A program made the position numbers and the translations under genes. 64,000 nt of DNA from Dehalococcoidia bacterium. Lineage in GTDB: Bacteria > Chloroflexota > Dehalococcoidia > Plut-88900. Positions within the stretch are counted from its first letter, which is position 1. Each line of letters begins with the position of its first letter. Below the pieces are notes generated by a model, which had not been told where the DNA came from, ran no database searches, and worked only from the letters and a program-made list of their open reading frames with translations. This document shows, piece by piece, positions 54,176-62,350 of this stretch. The stretch lies in contig CBDBLV010000003.1 in assembly GCA_965207225.1 (NCBI GenBank), positions 154,546 through 218,545 on the forward strand, read 5' to 3'.

Positions 54176-55156
54176 CTATGCGTAAACGTCGTCGTAGATG
54201 GCTTCGTGGGGCAGGACCGGGCTGGACTCGGCGAAGTCGACCGCATCGTTGATAATCTCTTCGACTTCGGCCTCGATGGCCTGCATCTCGGCTTCATCCA
54301 GCAAACCGAGCTCTTCCATGTGGCGCTTCATACGGATGATAGGGCCCTTGTTGCGCCACTCCTCTTCCTCGGTCTTCTTGCGGTAGACCATGGGGTCGGC
54401 CATGGAGTGGCCACGGAAGCGGTAGGTCATGGCCTCGATGAAGGTCGGGCCCTGGCCTTTGCGGGCCCGGTCCACTGCTTCCCTAGTGGCGTCCATAACT
54501 TCGAATACGTCCATGCCGTCTATCTTGCCGGGCGTGTTCATGCCGTAGACAGGGGCGAAGCGGAAGATGTCGGTTCCGGCGAAGGTGTCCTGTATAGGCG
54601 ACCCCATACCGTAGCCGTTGTTCTCGCAGAGGAAGACTACTGGAAGGTTCCAGAGGGCGGCCAGGTTGAGGGATTCGTGGAACTCACCTTCGTTGACGGC
54701 GCCATCGCCGAAGAAGCAGAGGGTCACGCTGTCATTGCCCAGGTGTTGGGCCGCTAGCCCGAGGCCCGCGGCGATGGGCATCATGCCCCCGACAATGGCG
54801 TAGCCCCCGAGGAATCCCAGTTCGGCGTTGAAGAGGTGCATTGAGCCGCCCTTGCCCTTACTGGTACCCCCGGACCGGCCAAAGAGCTCGGCCATGACCC
54901 GGCGGGGCTCCATGCCCCGGGCAAGGGCATGTCCATGTTCGCGGTAGTGGCTGACTATGTAGTCCTGGGGTTGCAGGGTGGAGATGGAGCCAACGGCGAT
55001 AGCTTCTTCTCCAATGTAGAGATGCAGAAAGCCGCCGATTTTGCCTCTCATGTACATCTCGGCGGCCTTTTCCTCGAACCTGCGGATGAGCAGCATCTGC
55101 CGGAGGAGGTCCGTATACTGCCATTTTTCCATGATGGGTTTGCTGAGTACTTTCAT
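54176..55156 (-). CDS. 2-oxoacid dehydrogenase E1 component, alpha subunit (TPP-binding)
   Basis: Start at MKVLSKP (ATG 55156, GGAGG upstream). IRRFEEKAAEMYMRGKIGGFLHLYIGEEA and the GDGAVNEGEFHESLN TPP motif. Confidence 0.9.
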   Translation of the reverse strand: MKVLSKPIMEKWQYTDLLRQMLLIRRFEEKAAEMYMRGKIGGFLHLYIGEEAIAVGSISTLQPQDYIVSHYREHGHALARGMEPRRVMAELFGRSGGTSKGKGGSMHLFNAELGFLGGYAIVGGMMPIAAGLGLAAQHLGNDSVTLCFFGDGAVNEGEFHESLNLAALWNLPVVFLCENNGYGMGSPIQDTFAGTDIFRFAPVYGMNTPGKIDGMDVFEVMDATREAVDRARKGQGPTFIEAMTYRFRGHSMADPMVYRKKTEEEEWRNKGPIIRMKRHMEELGLLDEAEMQAIEAEVEEIINDAVDFAESSPVLPHEAIYDDVYA

Positions 55157-55175
55157 GGCCTCCTCCCGTGAACCT

Positions 55176-56561
55176 CTACATGTGGACTGCCTGGCCCATG
55201 GCGGCCAGTGCGGCTTCCTTGAGGGCTTCGGACAGGGTGGGGTGGGGGTGTATTGCCAGGCCGACATCCTCGATGGTGGCGTCAAGGGCCTGGGCCACTG
55301 AGACCTCTCCCAGCAACTCGGTAACCTCGGGCCCGATCATGTGAGCGCCCAGGATCTCTCCGTATTCCGCGCCGGCAACGACCTTGACAAATCCTTCCCT
55401 GTCCCCGTGTCCGAGGGCCTTGCCGCTGGCCATGAACGGAAACTTGCCAATCTTTACTTCCATGCCGCGTTCGCGGGCCTGGGCCTCAGTGAGACCTACG
55501 CTGGCAACCTGGGGCTGGCAGTAGGTGGCCCTGGGTATGTTCTCGGCAACCAGTCGGATGGTGGGTAGGCCGGCGATGGTCTCGACGGCGATGTGGCCCT
55601 GGGCGAAGGCGGTGTGGGCCAGGAGGGGGGCGCCGGTGACGTCGCCGACGGCGTAGACATTGGCAAGGTTAGTGTGCATCACGTCGTCTGTGGCTATGAA
55701 GCCGTTCCGCATCTCGATACCCAGAGAATCCAGTCCAGTGCCCTCAACATTCCCTTCAAGGCCCACGGCCACCAGCACCTTGTCGCAGTGCACTTCAGTG
55801 GTGTCGTCACCTTTGGAGACGGTCAGGGTCGCTATGCCGTTGGTGAATTCGGAAGCTTCGACACGGGCGCCGGTCATGACGTTGATGGCCTGCTTATGGA
55901 AGGACTTTTCCAGGACCTGGCTGATCTCCGGGTCCTCGTTGGGAAGGAGGTGAGGAAGAAGCTCGATTACTGTGACTTCACAGCCGTATGTGGACCAAAG
56001 ATAGGCGAACTCGACGCCCGCGGCCCCACCGCCGACTATAGCTACGCGGTCGGGCAGATCCTTCAGGGCAAGGGCTTCCCTGGTGGTGATTATGCGTTCA
56101 CCGTCGACGGGAAGGGAGGGGATGCCTTTGTTGAGGGCGCCGGTGGCGACGATGATATTGTCCGCCTCGATCTCTTCCTTGCCATCGATTGAGACCCGCC
56201 CGGGCCCCGGGATGGAGGCATGGCCGGGAAGCACCTCAATGCCGTAGCGCTTCATCAACGATTTAAGCCCGCCGACAAGCCTCTTTACCACTTGCCGGCT
56301 GCGGTCGACGGCCTTGCCGTAGTCCACGGTGAGCTTATCGAAAGAGAATCCGAACTCGTTGGCCCTGTGCATCAGGGACAGGACCTCGGCGTTGCGGAGA
56401 AGGGCCTTGCTGGGAATGCAGCCCCAGTTGAGGCAGAGCCCCCCAAGCTCCTCCTCTTCCACTATAACGACACTCATGCCAAGCTGGGCGGCACGGATGG
56501 CGGCCACGTAGCCCCCCGGGCCTCCACCGATAATTGCTATGTCGTAACTGGCCATGTCCAC
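55176..56561 (-). CDS. lpdA: dihydrolipoyl dehydrogenase (E3)
   Basis: YDIAIIGGGPGGYVAA and the redox-active GGLCLNWGCIPSK, with a C-terminal HPHPTLSE dimerisation motif. Confidence 0.9.
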   Translation of the reverse strand: MDMASYDIAIIGGGPGGYVAAIRAAQLGMSVVIVEEEELGGLCLNWGCIPSKALLRNAEVLSLMHRANEFGFSFDKLTVDYGKAVDRSRQVVKRLVGGLKSLMKRYGIEVLPGHASIPGPGRVSIDGKEEIEADNIIVATGALNKGIPSLPVDGERIITTREALALKDLPDRVAIVGGGAAGVEFAYLWSTYGCEVTVIELLPHLLPNEDPEISQVLEKSFHKQAINVMTGARVEASEFTNGIATLTVSKGDDTTEVHCDKVLVAVGLEGNVEGTGLDSLGIEMRNGFIATDDVMHTNLANVYAVGDVTGAPLLAHTAFAQGHIAVETIAGLPTIRLVAENIPRATYCQPQVASVGLTEAQARERGMEVKIGKFPFMASGKALGHGDREGFVKVVAGAEYGEILGAHMIGPEVTELLGEVSVAQALDATIEDVGLAIHPHPTLSEALKEAALAAMGQAVHM

Positions 56562-56571
56562 AGGATACTAC

Positions 56572-57450
56572 CTAGACCTGCTCGTGGGCGTGGTATGAGC
56601 TACGCACCAGGGGCCCAGATTCCACATGACGGAACCTCATCCTCTGGCCCTCTTCCTTCAATTTGGAGAATTCTTCGGGGGTGTAGTAGCGGCTGATGGG
56701 GAGGTGAGATTCGGAGGGTCGGAGGTACTGGCCTATGGTCAGAATGTCGCAGCCGACATCTCGGAGGTCACGCATGGTGTGAATCACTTCCTCCACCTCC
56801 TCCCCGACACCCAGCATGATGCCGGATTTGGTCAGCTTGTCCGGTGATTTGGCTTTGGCCCTCTCCAGTAACTGTAAAGACCTTTCGTAAGTGGCCCGAG
56901 AGCGAACGACTTTCTGGAGCCGGGCGACGGTCTCGATGTTGTGGTTTAGGATGTCGGGCTCGGCGGCCAGCACGGTGTCCAGGCTGGATTCGGAGCCGCC
57001 AAAGTCCGGTATGAGAACCTCGATGCGGGTGTCGGGGTTGCGGTCACGGGTCCTGGAAATGGTCTGTGCGAAGGCGGATGCCCCGCCATCGGGGAGGTCG
57101 TCCCGGGCCACTGATGTTATGACCACGTGGGAGAGGCGCATCTTCTCGACGGCCCGGGCCACGCGCTCGGGTTCCAGGGGGTCGTTCCAGGTGGGCTTGC
57201 CGGAGGTGACGGCGCAGAAGCGGCAGGCCCGGGTGCAGACATCGCCCAGGATCATGAAAGTGGCTGTACGGTTCTGCCAGCATTCGAAGATGTTGGGGCA
57301 GTTGGCCTCTTCGCAGACCGTGTTCAGGGACATTTTGCGCATCAGGGACTTCAGCTCCATGTAGTTGGGGCCGGTCTTGAGGCGCACCTTCAGCCACGGG
57401 GGACGGCGGGAGGGTGGGGAAGGTTTTGTGGGGGTTGCTGTGGGTCCCAT
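56572..57450 (-). CDS. lipA: lipoyl synthase (radical SAM)
   Basis: [21 protein letters not shown] and the radical-SAM CTRACRFC cluster. The start is uncertain (ATG 57450 preferred; ATG 57504 is possible). Confidence 0.85.
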   Translation of the reverse strand: MGPTATPTKPSPPSRRPPWLKVRLKTGPNYMELKSLMRKMSLNTVCEEANCPNIFECWQNRTATFMILGDVCTRACRFCAVTSGKPTWNDPLEPERVARAVEKMRLSHVVITSVARDDLPDGGASAFAQTISRTRDRNPDTRIEVLIPDFGGSESSLDTVLAAEPDILNHNIETVARLQKVVRSRATYERSLQLLERAKAKSPDKLTKSGIMLGVGEEVEEVIHTMRDLRDVGCDILTIGQYLRPSESHLPISRYYTPEEFSKLKEEGQRMRFRHVESGPLVRSSYHAHEQV

Positions 57451-57694
57451 ATCCAAAAGGTCTCGGTGCCAATTCCCTAAGGGACACGCATGCACATTAT
57501 ACACCGTCGTCGTTAGGAGAATTGAGAAGCCTGATTGCTATGCAATGGCACGAGTACAGGGATGGACGCAGGTTCTGGGCCGGGCCAGAGGAGGATGTCT
57601 ACTATTAAGACTTTGAATCTATTATTGAGATTCTTTCGCAATAATTGACGCTTTGTCACACTAAACTTGTTGAATCGAAAACGGCGTATTATTC

Positions 57695-57723
57695 TTGACA
57701 ATAAGCGCGCACAGCTTTAGCAT
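57695..57723 (+). promoter_or_regulatory. near-consensus promoter (TTGACA-17-TAGCAT) of the zinc ABC operon
   Basis: TTGACA at 57695-57700 and TAGCAT at 57718-57723, inside an AT-rich 200-bp intergenic tract. Confidence 0.5.
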
Positions 57724-57773
57724 GGCTAGCTGTCCTTAGGCCCAACGCAAGACTTCTTTGCCAAACAAACAGC

Positions 57774-57786
57774 GAGATTTTATCTC
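57774..57786. promoter_or_regulatory. inverted repeat GAGAT-TTT-ATCTC in the znuA leader (candidate metalloregulator operator)
   Basis: Located 18 nt upstream of ATG 57805. A related ATGAGAT-TTTGT-ATCTCAT lies at 61267-61285 and GAATCT-N7-AGATTC at 57615-57633. Confidence 0.35.
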
Positions 57787-57804
57787 AATAGTGGGGTTCA
57801 CACT

Positions 57805-59436
57805 ATGACATTCAACACCTTTAGAGGTCGTTTGCCGATGGCGTTGCTAGCACTCATGCTGGTCGGCCTGCTGGCATTTGCCGGAATAGCGGGATGCTCG
57901 GGTGAAGAAGATGTGGTGGAAGAAGTAGAGCAAACCACCGAAGTAGTTGAGGGTGAAGAAGAGGTGGAACAGGCCACCGAAGCAGCTGAGGGTGAAGAAG
58001 AGGTAGTGGAAGAGGTGGAACAGGCCACCGAAGCAGCTGAGGGTGAAGAAGAGGCAGAGGAGGTGGAGGAGGCGGATAAGATAAAGGTTGTTACTACCAC
58101 CAATTTTGTGGCTGATTGGGTCGAAAACGTGGGCGGCAACCGGGTGGAAGTGTTCAGCCTGGTCCCGACCGGCGCCGACCCCCACGGGTTCCAGCCCGGG
58201 GCGAGAGACGTTGCGAGGGTTGCGGATGCCGACCTGGTATTCAGCGTAGGGCTGGGGCTGGAAGACTCCTGGCTAAATGACCTGCTCCAAAACGCAGCCC
58301 GGGACCCCTCCCGCATTGTAGCGCTGACGGATTCGATAGAGCCGATAGAGTTTGGTGAAACCCACAGGGAAGACGTGGAACTGATCGCGGCCATCGAGGA
58401 AATCGTCCATGAAGTTGAAGAAGGCCATTTAAGCGCTGCTGATGCCATCGAGGAGATAGAGCACCTCCTGGCTGCCAAGGAAGAGGGCCACGACGACCAT
58501 GACCACGACGAGGAAGAGGGCCACGACGACCATGACCACGACGAGGAAGATGACCACGACGACCACGACCACGATGAGGAAGATGACCACGACGACCATG
58601 ACCACGATGAGGAAGATGACCACGACGACCATGACCACGATGAGGAAGATGACCACGACGACCATGACCACGATGAGGAAGATGACCACGACGACCATGA
58701 CCACGATGAGGAAGATGACCACGACGACCATGACCACGATGAGGAAGATGACCACGACGACCATGACCATGGAGGGGAAAGTGTTGCCGCAAAGGTCCAG
58801 GCCATAATCGACCAGGTGGAAAGCGGCGCTATGTCCTTCGGCGAGGCCATTGAGGAGATCGACCACCTGGTGCATGATGAGGAGGATGCCCACGCGGGAC
58901 ACGGGCACGGCGTAGAAGACCCACACTTCTGGTTCGACCCACTACGGGTGAAGCTGGCAGTGGACTACATAGCTGAGCAGTTGTCAGTGCTGGACCCGGC
59001 CGGGGCCAACGGTTACTGGTCCAATGCGACAGCCTACAAGGCTCAACTGGATGAGCTGGACGCATGGACGCAAGAGCAGGTCAGTGCGGTGCCTGAGTCC
59101 AACCGATTCCTATTGACCTCCCACGACAGCCTCGGATACTTCGCCGACAGGTATGGCTTCGAGGTGATTGGAGTCATACTCGGAATCACCACGGAGGTAG
59201 AGCCTTCGGCGGAGCACCTGGTTGAACTCGTGCATACTATCGAGAGATACAATGTGCCGGCGGTGTTCGGCGAGACTACGGTCAGTGAACGGCTGGCCGC
59301 TGCGCTCGCTGGGGAGACGGGCGCCGAGTTGGTTAAGCTGTACTCGGGCTCGCTGGGCGCGGAAGGAAGCGGCGCGGAAACCTACATAGGCATGTTCAGG
59401 GCCAACGTGGAGAGCATAGTCGGCGCACTGAGGTAG
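57805..59436 (+). CDS. znuA: metal (zinc-type) ABC transporter substrate-binding lipoprotein, ZnuA/TroA family, with a hyper-expanded His/Asp/Glu loop
   Basis: Lipobox IAGC-SG. ZnuA core (KVVTTTNFVADWV, DPHGFQP, DPHFWFDP, SHDSLGYFADRYG). The His-rich loop sits at the canonical position just before DPHFWFDP. Confidence 0.85.
   Translation: MTFNTFRGRLPMALLALMLVGLLAFAGIAGCSGEEDVVEEVEQTTEVVEGEEEVEQATEAAEGEEEVVEEVEQATEAAEGEEEAEEVEEADKIKVVTTTNFVADWVENVGGNRVEVFSLVPTGADPHGFQPGARDVARVADADLVFSVGLGLEDSWLNDLLQNAARDPSRIVALTDSIEPIEFGETHREDVELIAAIEEIVHEVEEGHLSAADAIEEIEHLLAAKEEGHDDHDHDEEEGHDDHDHDEEDDHDDHDHDEEDDHDDHDHDEEDDHDDHDHDEEDDHDDHDHDEEDDHDDHDHDEEDDHDDHDHDEEDDHDDHDHGGESVAAKVQAIIDQVESGAMSFGEAIEEIDHLVHDEEDAHAGHGHGVEDPHFWFDPLRVKLAVDYIAEQLSVLDPAGANGYWSNATAYKAQLDELDAWTQEQVSAVPESNRFLLTSHDSLGYFADRYGFEVIGVILGITTEVEPSAEHLVELVHTIERYNVPAVFGETTVSERLAAALAGETGAELVKLYSGSLGAEGSGAETYIGMFRANVESIVGALR
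58486..58770 (+). repeat. in-frame 33-bp tandem repeat, about 8.6 copies, encoding (G/D)HDDHDHDEE(E/D)
   Basis: Units start at 58486, 58519, 58552 and so on. The five units from 58585 to 58749 are identical at the DNA level. Confidence 0.9.
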
Positions 59437-59471
59437 GGGCCTTCAAAAGGGCGTAGATACCGGAACCCGAG

Positions 59472-60239
59472 ATGATAAAGACAGTTTCCAGTCCCGGTAT
59501 AAGCGTCGATGACATCACCGTAGTTCGCGGCGGTCATACGGCGCTGACGGACGTTACCTTTTCGGTAGGGCCAGCTACTCTCTTGGGAGTGGTAGGCCCT
59601 AACGGAGCAGGTAAGAGCACCTTGCTGGAGGCTATTGTTGGCCTATTGCCCCTGGACAAGGGCTCGGTCCAACTTCATGGCTCTGCCGCCGAAAAGGGAG
59701 GGATAGCCTACGTTCCGCAAAGGGACAGGATAAACTGGGCCTTTCCGGCCACGGTGCACGACGTTGTGATGATGGGGAGGTGCTGCAACCTGGGATGGTT
59801 TCGACAGCCCGGTAGGTATGACCGGGAGTTGGTCTGCGAATGCCTGGAGCGGGTTGACATGTGGGACAGGCGCAGTTCGCCAATCACCGAGTTGTCGGGA
59901 GGGCAGCGCCAGAGGGTATTCATAGGTCGGGCGCTAGCGCAGGAGGCCAGTGTAATCCTGCTGGACGAGGCATTCAGCGGCGTGGATGCCGGGGCCCAGG
60001 AAGACATCATCGAAGTACTTCAGGTTCTCCGGGACGAGGGCCGGGTAGCGGTGGTGGTAACCCACGACCTGACCAACCTTGCCCAGCGCTTCGACGAGAT
60101 ACTCTGCATTAACCATCACCTCTGCGCCAAGGGCCCTCCTGAAGAAGCCTTCACTCCTGAAGTCATGACGGAGCTCTACGGGTCTCACGGCGTTGAGTTC
60201 GCCCCCGATCACTACGAGCCGACCCTCAGCGGACGGTAG
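59472..60239 (+). CDS. znuC: metal ABC transporter ATP-binding protein
   Basis: Walker A GPNGAGKST, signature LSGGQRQRV and Walker B ILLDEAFSGVD. Confidence 0.9.
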   Translation: MIKTVSSPGISVDDITVVRGGHTALTDVTFSVGPATLLGVVGPNGAGKSTLLEAIVGLLPLDKGSVQLHGSAAEKGGIAYVPQRDRINWAFPATVHDVVMMGRCCNLGWFRQPGRYDRELVCECLERVDMWDRRSSPITELSGGQRQRVFIGRALAQEASVILLDEAFSGVDAGAQEDIIEVLQVLRDEGRVAVVVTHDLTNLAQRFDEILCINHHLCAKGPPEEAFTPEVMTELYGSHGVEFAPDHYEPTLSGR

Positions 60240-61057
60240 TGGACTACATATCCGATCCCTTCCAGTACAGCTTCATGGTGCGGGCGCTTATCGTGTCGGT
60301 GCTGGTGGGGGTGATGTGCCCGATACTGGGGGCATACGTGATCACCAGGGGTCGGGCCTTCATGGGCGACGCCCTGGCCCACTCCGTGCTGCCGGCCATG
60401 ATAGCGGCCTTCATGCTGGGTTTCAGCCCCTTCTTCGCCGCGGTGCCGGCAGCAGTCCTGATAGCCATACTAATGGGGAGCATCAGTCGGCGCACGGGCA
60501 TCAGCGAAGACACCTCGATTGGCATCATATTTGCGGGTATGTTCGCTCTCGGGCTGGTGATGCTGTCCACGGCGACAAATATCAACATTGATATAGAGGA
60601 CCTGTTGCTTGGGCAGGTGCTGGGGGTTTCGCAGACTGATGTCTACGTGTCCCTGGGGCTGACGGCTCTGGTGCTGGCGGGACTATATGCCTTCCATCGA
60701 CAGCTGATCTATACGACGTTCGACCTAGTGGGGGCGGCTGTTGTCGGGATCAAGACCAGGATAATTGAATACGTGCTGCTGGCCCTTTTGGGCCTGGTGA
60801 TAGTGATCGGGATCCAGGCGGCGGGTATCGTGCTGGTTATGGCTATGCTCATAACTCCTGCCGCTGCGGCCTACCTGATAGCCAAGAGGTTCGTGGGGGT
60901 GATGGTGTTGGGGGCAGTGATTGGGGCTGCATCGGCAGTCACGGGCCTTTACCTCTCTTACTATGTGGACCTACCCTCGGGGCCGGCGATGGCACTGGTG
61001 GCGACGGGGGTCTTTGCAGTGACGGCTGTGGGGAAGCGGAGATTCGCGACCAGGTAG
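60239..61057 (+). CDS. znuB: metal ABC transporter permease (ABC-3 family)
   Basis: 272 aa, 8-9 TM, FMVRALIVSVLVG..AYVITRGRAFMGDALAH is typical of ZnuB/TroCD permeases. The GTG start overlaps the znuC stop by 1 nt. Confidence 0.85.
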   Translation: MDYISDPFQYSFMVRALIVSVLVGVMCPILGAYVITRGRAFMGDALAHSVLPAMIAAFMLGFSPFFAAVPAAVLIAILMGSISRRTGISEDTSIGIIFAGMFALGLVMLSTATNINIDIEDLLLGQVLGVSQTDVYVSLGLTALVLAGLYAFHRQLIYTTFDLVGAAVVGIKTRIIEYVLLALLGLVIVIGIQAAGIVLVMAMLITPAAAAYLIAKRFVGVMVLGAVIGAASAVTGLYLSYYVDLPSGPAMALVATGVFAVTAVGKRRFATR

Positions 61058-61266
61058 TCTGGCGGTCCCGCTCCACGAATGTCCGAAGAGTCCTTCCAAC
61101 CCCGTTCAAGACGGCTGTGCCTATTCCCCGTTTAGTGAATGTGACGGGCCCCTGAAGTTAAGGCACTAGCAGTGCTTTTCCAACGAGGATTCGGGCGCTC
61201 CGTAAATTGGTTTTGATGTCCTATTGCATTTAATGAGACATATATGACATACTTACTGAGACACGT

Positions 61267-61285
61267 ATGAGATTTTGTATCTCAT
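61267..61285. promoter_or_regulatory. perfect inverted repeat ATGAGAT-TTTGT-ATCTCAT upstream of the His/Cys-rich gene
   Basis: It lies just downstream of a possible TTGCAT-18-CATACT promoter (61225-61254). Direct TGAGAC half-sites occur at 61234 and 61257. Confidence 0.4.
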
Positions 61286-61354
61286 AGCTTCAGCCGGGCC
61301 CCCGGACAGTCCGGGGGTTGGCATGCTGGAGAAAAAGCTCAGGAGGCAAATACT

Positions 61355-61576
61355 ATGGCAAACGCCCATGACTCTCATGAGTGCGACGCTCATGAGCACC
61401 ACGGTGACGAGCCCGGGCACATCCACGACGCTCACGAGTGCGACGGGCACGAGCACCACGCCGAGGACCACGGCCACGACTCGCATGAGTGCGACACGCA
61501 CGAGCACCATGGCGACGAAGCCGGGCACGTACATGACCCGCACGAGTGCGACGGACACGAGCACCACGGACACTAG
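61355..61576 (+). CDS. small (73 aa) His/Cys-rich repeat protein, candidate metal-binding protein or metallochaperone
   Basis: AGGAGG lies 8 nt upstream of the ATG. There are four HECDxHEHH motifs separated by His/Asp/Glu linkers, and a strong terminator follows. Confidence 0.65.
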   Translation: MANAHDSHECDAHEHHGDEPGHIHDAHECDGHEHHAEDHGHDSHECDTHEHHGDEAGHVHDPHECDGHEHHGH

Positions 61577-61597
61577 ACCGAAATATCCAGAAAATCG

Positions 61598-61660
61598 GCC
61601 AAGGTCGCTGGACCTTGGCAAGGAAAAGCGCCGACCTCTTTGGGTCGGCGCTTTTGCGTT
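61598..61660. terminator. double hairpin, bidirectional terminator between convergent genes
   Basis: GCCAAGGTC-GCTG-GACCTTGGC (61598-61619), then AAAGCGCCGACC-TCTTTG-GGTCGGCGCTTT (61625-61654) flanked by A-rich and T-rich tracts. Confidence 0.65.
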
Positions 61661-61696
61661 CACTGCGTTTAGAGGCCCGCTGCTAAGGATGGTGTG

Positions 61697-61999
61697 TTAG
61701 ATGGGGAACCACTTCCTTCTAACGTTGCCGAAGCGAGACCGGGACACGAGGTGGTCTTCCTTGCATCCCAGTACGGATTCCTCTGCCTGTATCGTAGCGT
61801 GGGTGATACCGAAGTTGTCATGGGCGAGGTCCTTGATGCTCCTCAAGAGCTCATCCCTGTCTCCTGGGTAGTTGGGATTTATGAGCACATGGGCGGTGAA
61901 GGCGACCATTCCGGGGGTGATTGTCCAGACGTGAACGTCGTGGATGAAGGTAACGCATGGGATGTCCTCGGCGTCCCAGGGCTGGGGATGTGACTCCAC
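61697..61999 (-). pseudogene. C-terminal remnant of a cation-diffusion-facilitator (CzcD/ZitB-type) exporter
   Basis: Only the cytoplasmic domain is present (IHDVHVWTITPGMVAFTAHVLI..FGITHATIQAEE). The roughly 200-aa transmembrane domain is missing and its place is taken by REP sequence. Confidence 0.65.
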
Positions 62000-62046
62000 C
62001 GCTGCCTAGATCTGGAAATATCGTCGGAAGTACGGGTCCGTCAATT

Positions 62047-62163
62047 CTTGAGACCCTTCGACCCAGTTCAGGGCGAGCGAAATGCCCCGCCCCCAAGGGA
62101 TGGATTCCCGATCGGAGTCGGGAATAACGTTTATGCAAAGGTCTCCTTTAAGGGAGAAGGGGA
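62047..62163. repeat. REP-like composite (family 2 variant, family 1, family 4)
   Basis: cttgagacccttcgacccagttcagggcgagcg (62047-62079), ggattcccgatcggagtcgggaataac (62102-62128) and ctcctttaagggagaagggg (62144-62163). Confidence 0.7.
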
Positions 62164-62350
62164 AGAATAAACAGAGAGATGCACCTGCACCAAGACACAA
62201 GTGCATCTCTCCGATTTGTTACTGGAGGAGGACCAGGGGCCCTGATTGCAATATCATTGTTTCAATTTATGGCCTAGTTTGGTACAATCAAAAACCGTGA
62301 GCAAAAAAAGCTCGAAATGGGTGCCTGATAGGAGAGGAGTGATTTTAGTC

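Noticed and set aside
58486-58770. Regular 33-bp direct repeats, considered as a possible CRISPR array
   Set aside because: The units are contiguous with no spacers, lie in frame inside a conserved gene, and no cas genes or leader are nearby.
57798-58926. Repetitive minus-strand ORFs (SWSWSSWSSSSS.., HLPHRGHGRRG.., VMVVVVIFLIV..) and the plus-strand MTTTTMTTMRK ORF
   Set aside because: All are off-frame or antisense readings of the 33-bp repeat inside znuA. Only the znuA frame is flanked by conserved family sequence.
61253-61700. 136-aa minus-strand and 141-aa plus-strand ORFs overlapping the His/Cys-rich gene
   Set aside because: They are off-frame or antisense readings of the repeat (VALMRV.., TSTTPRTTATT..). 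They lack an SD, while the 73-aa frame has AGGAGG and a terminator.
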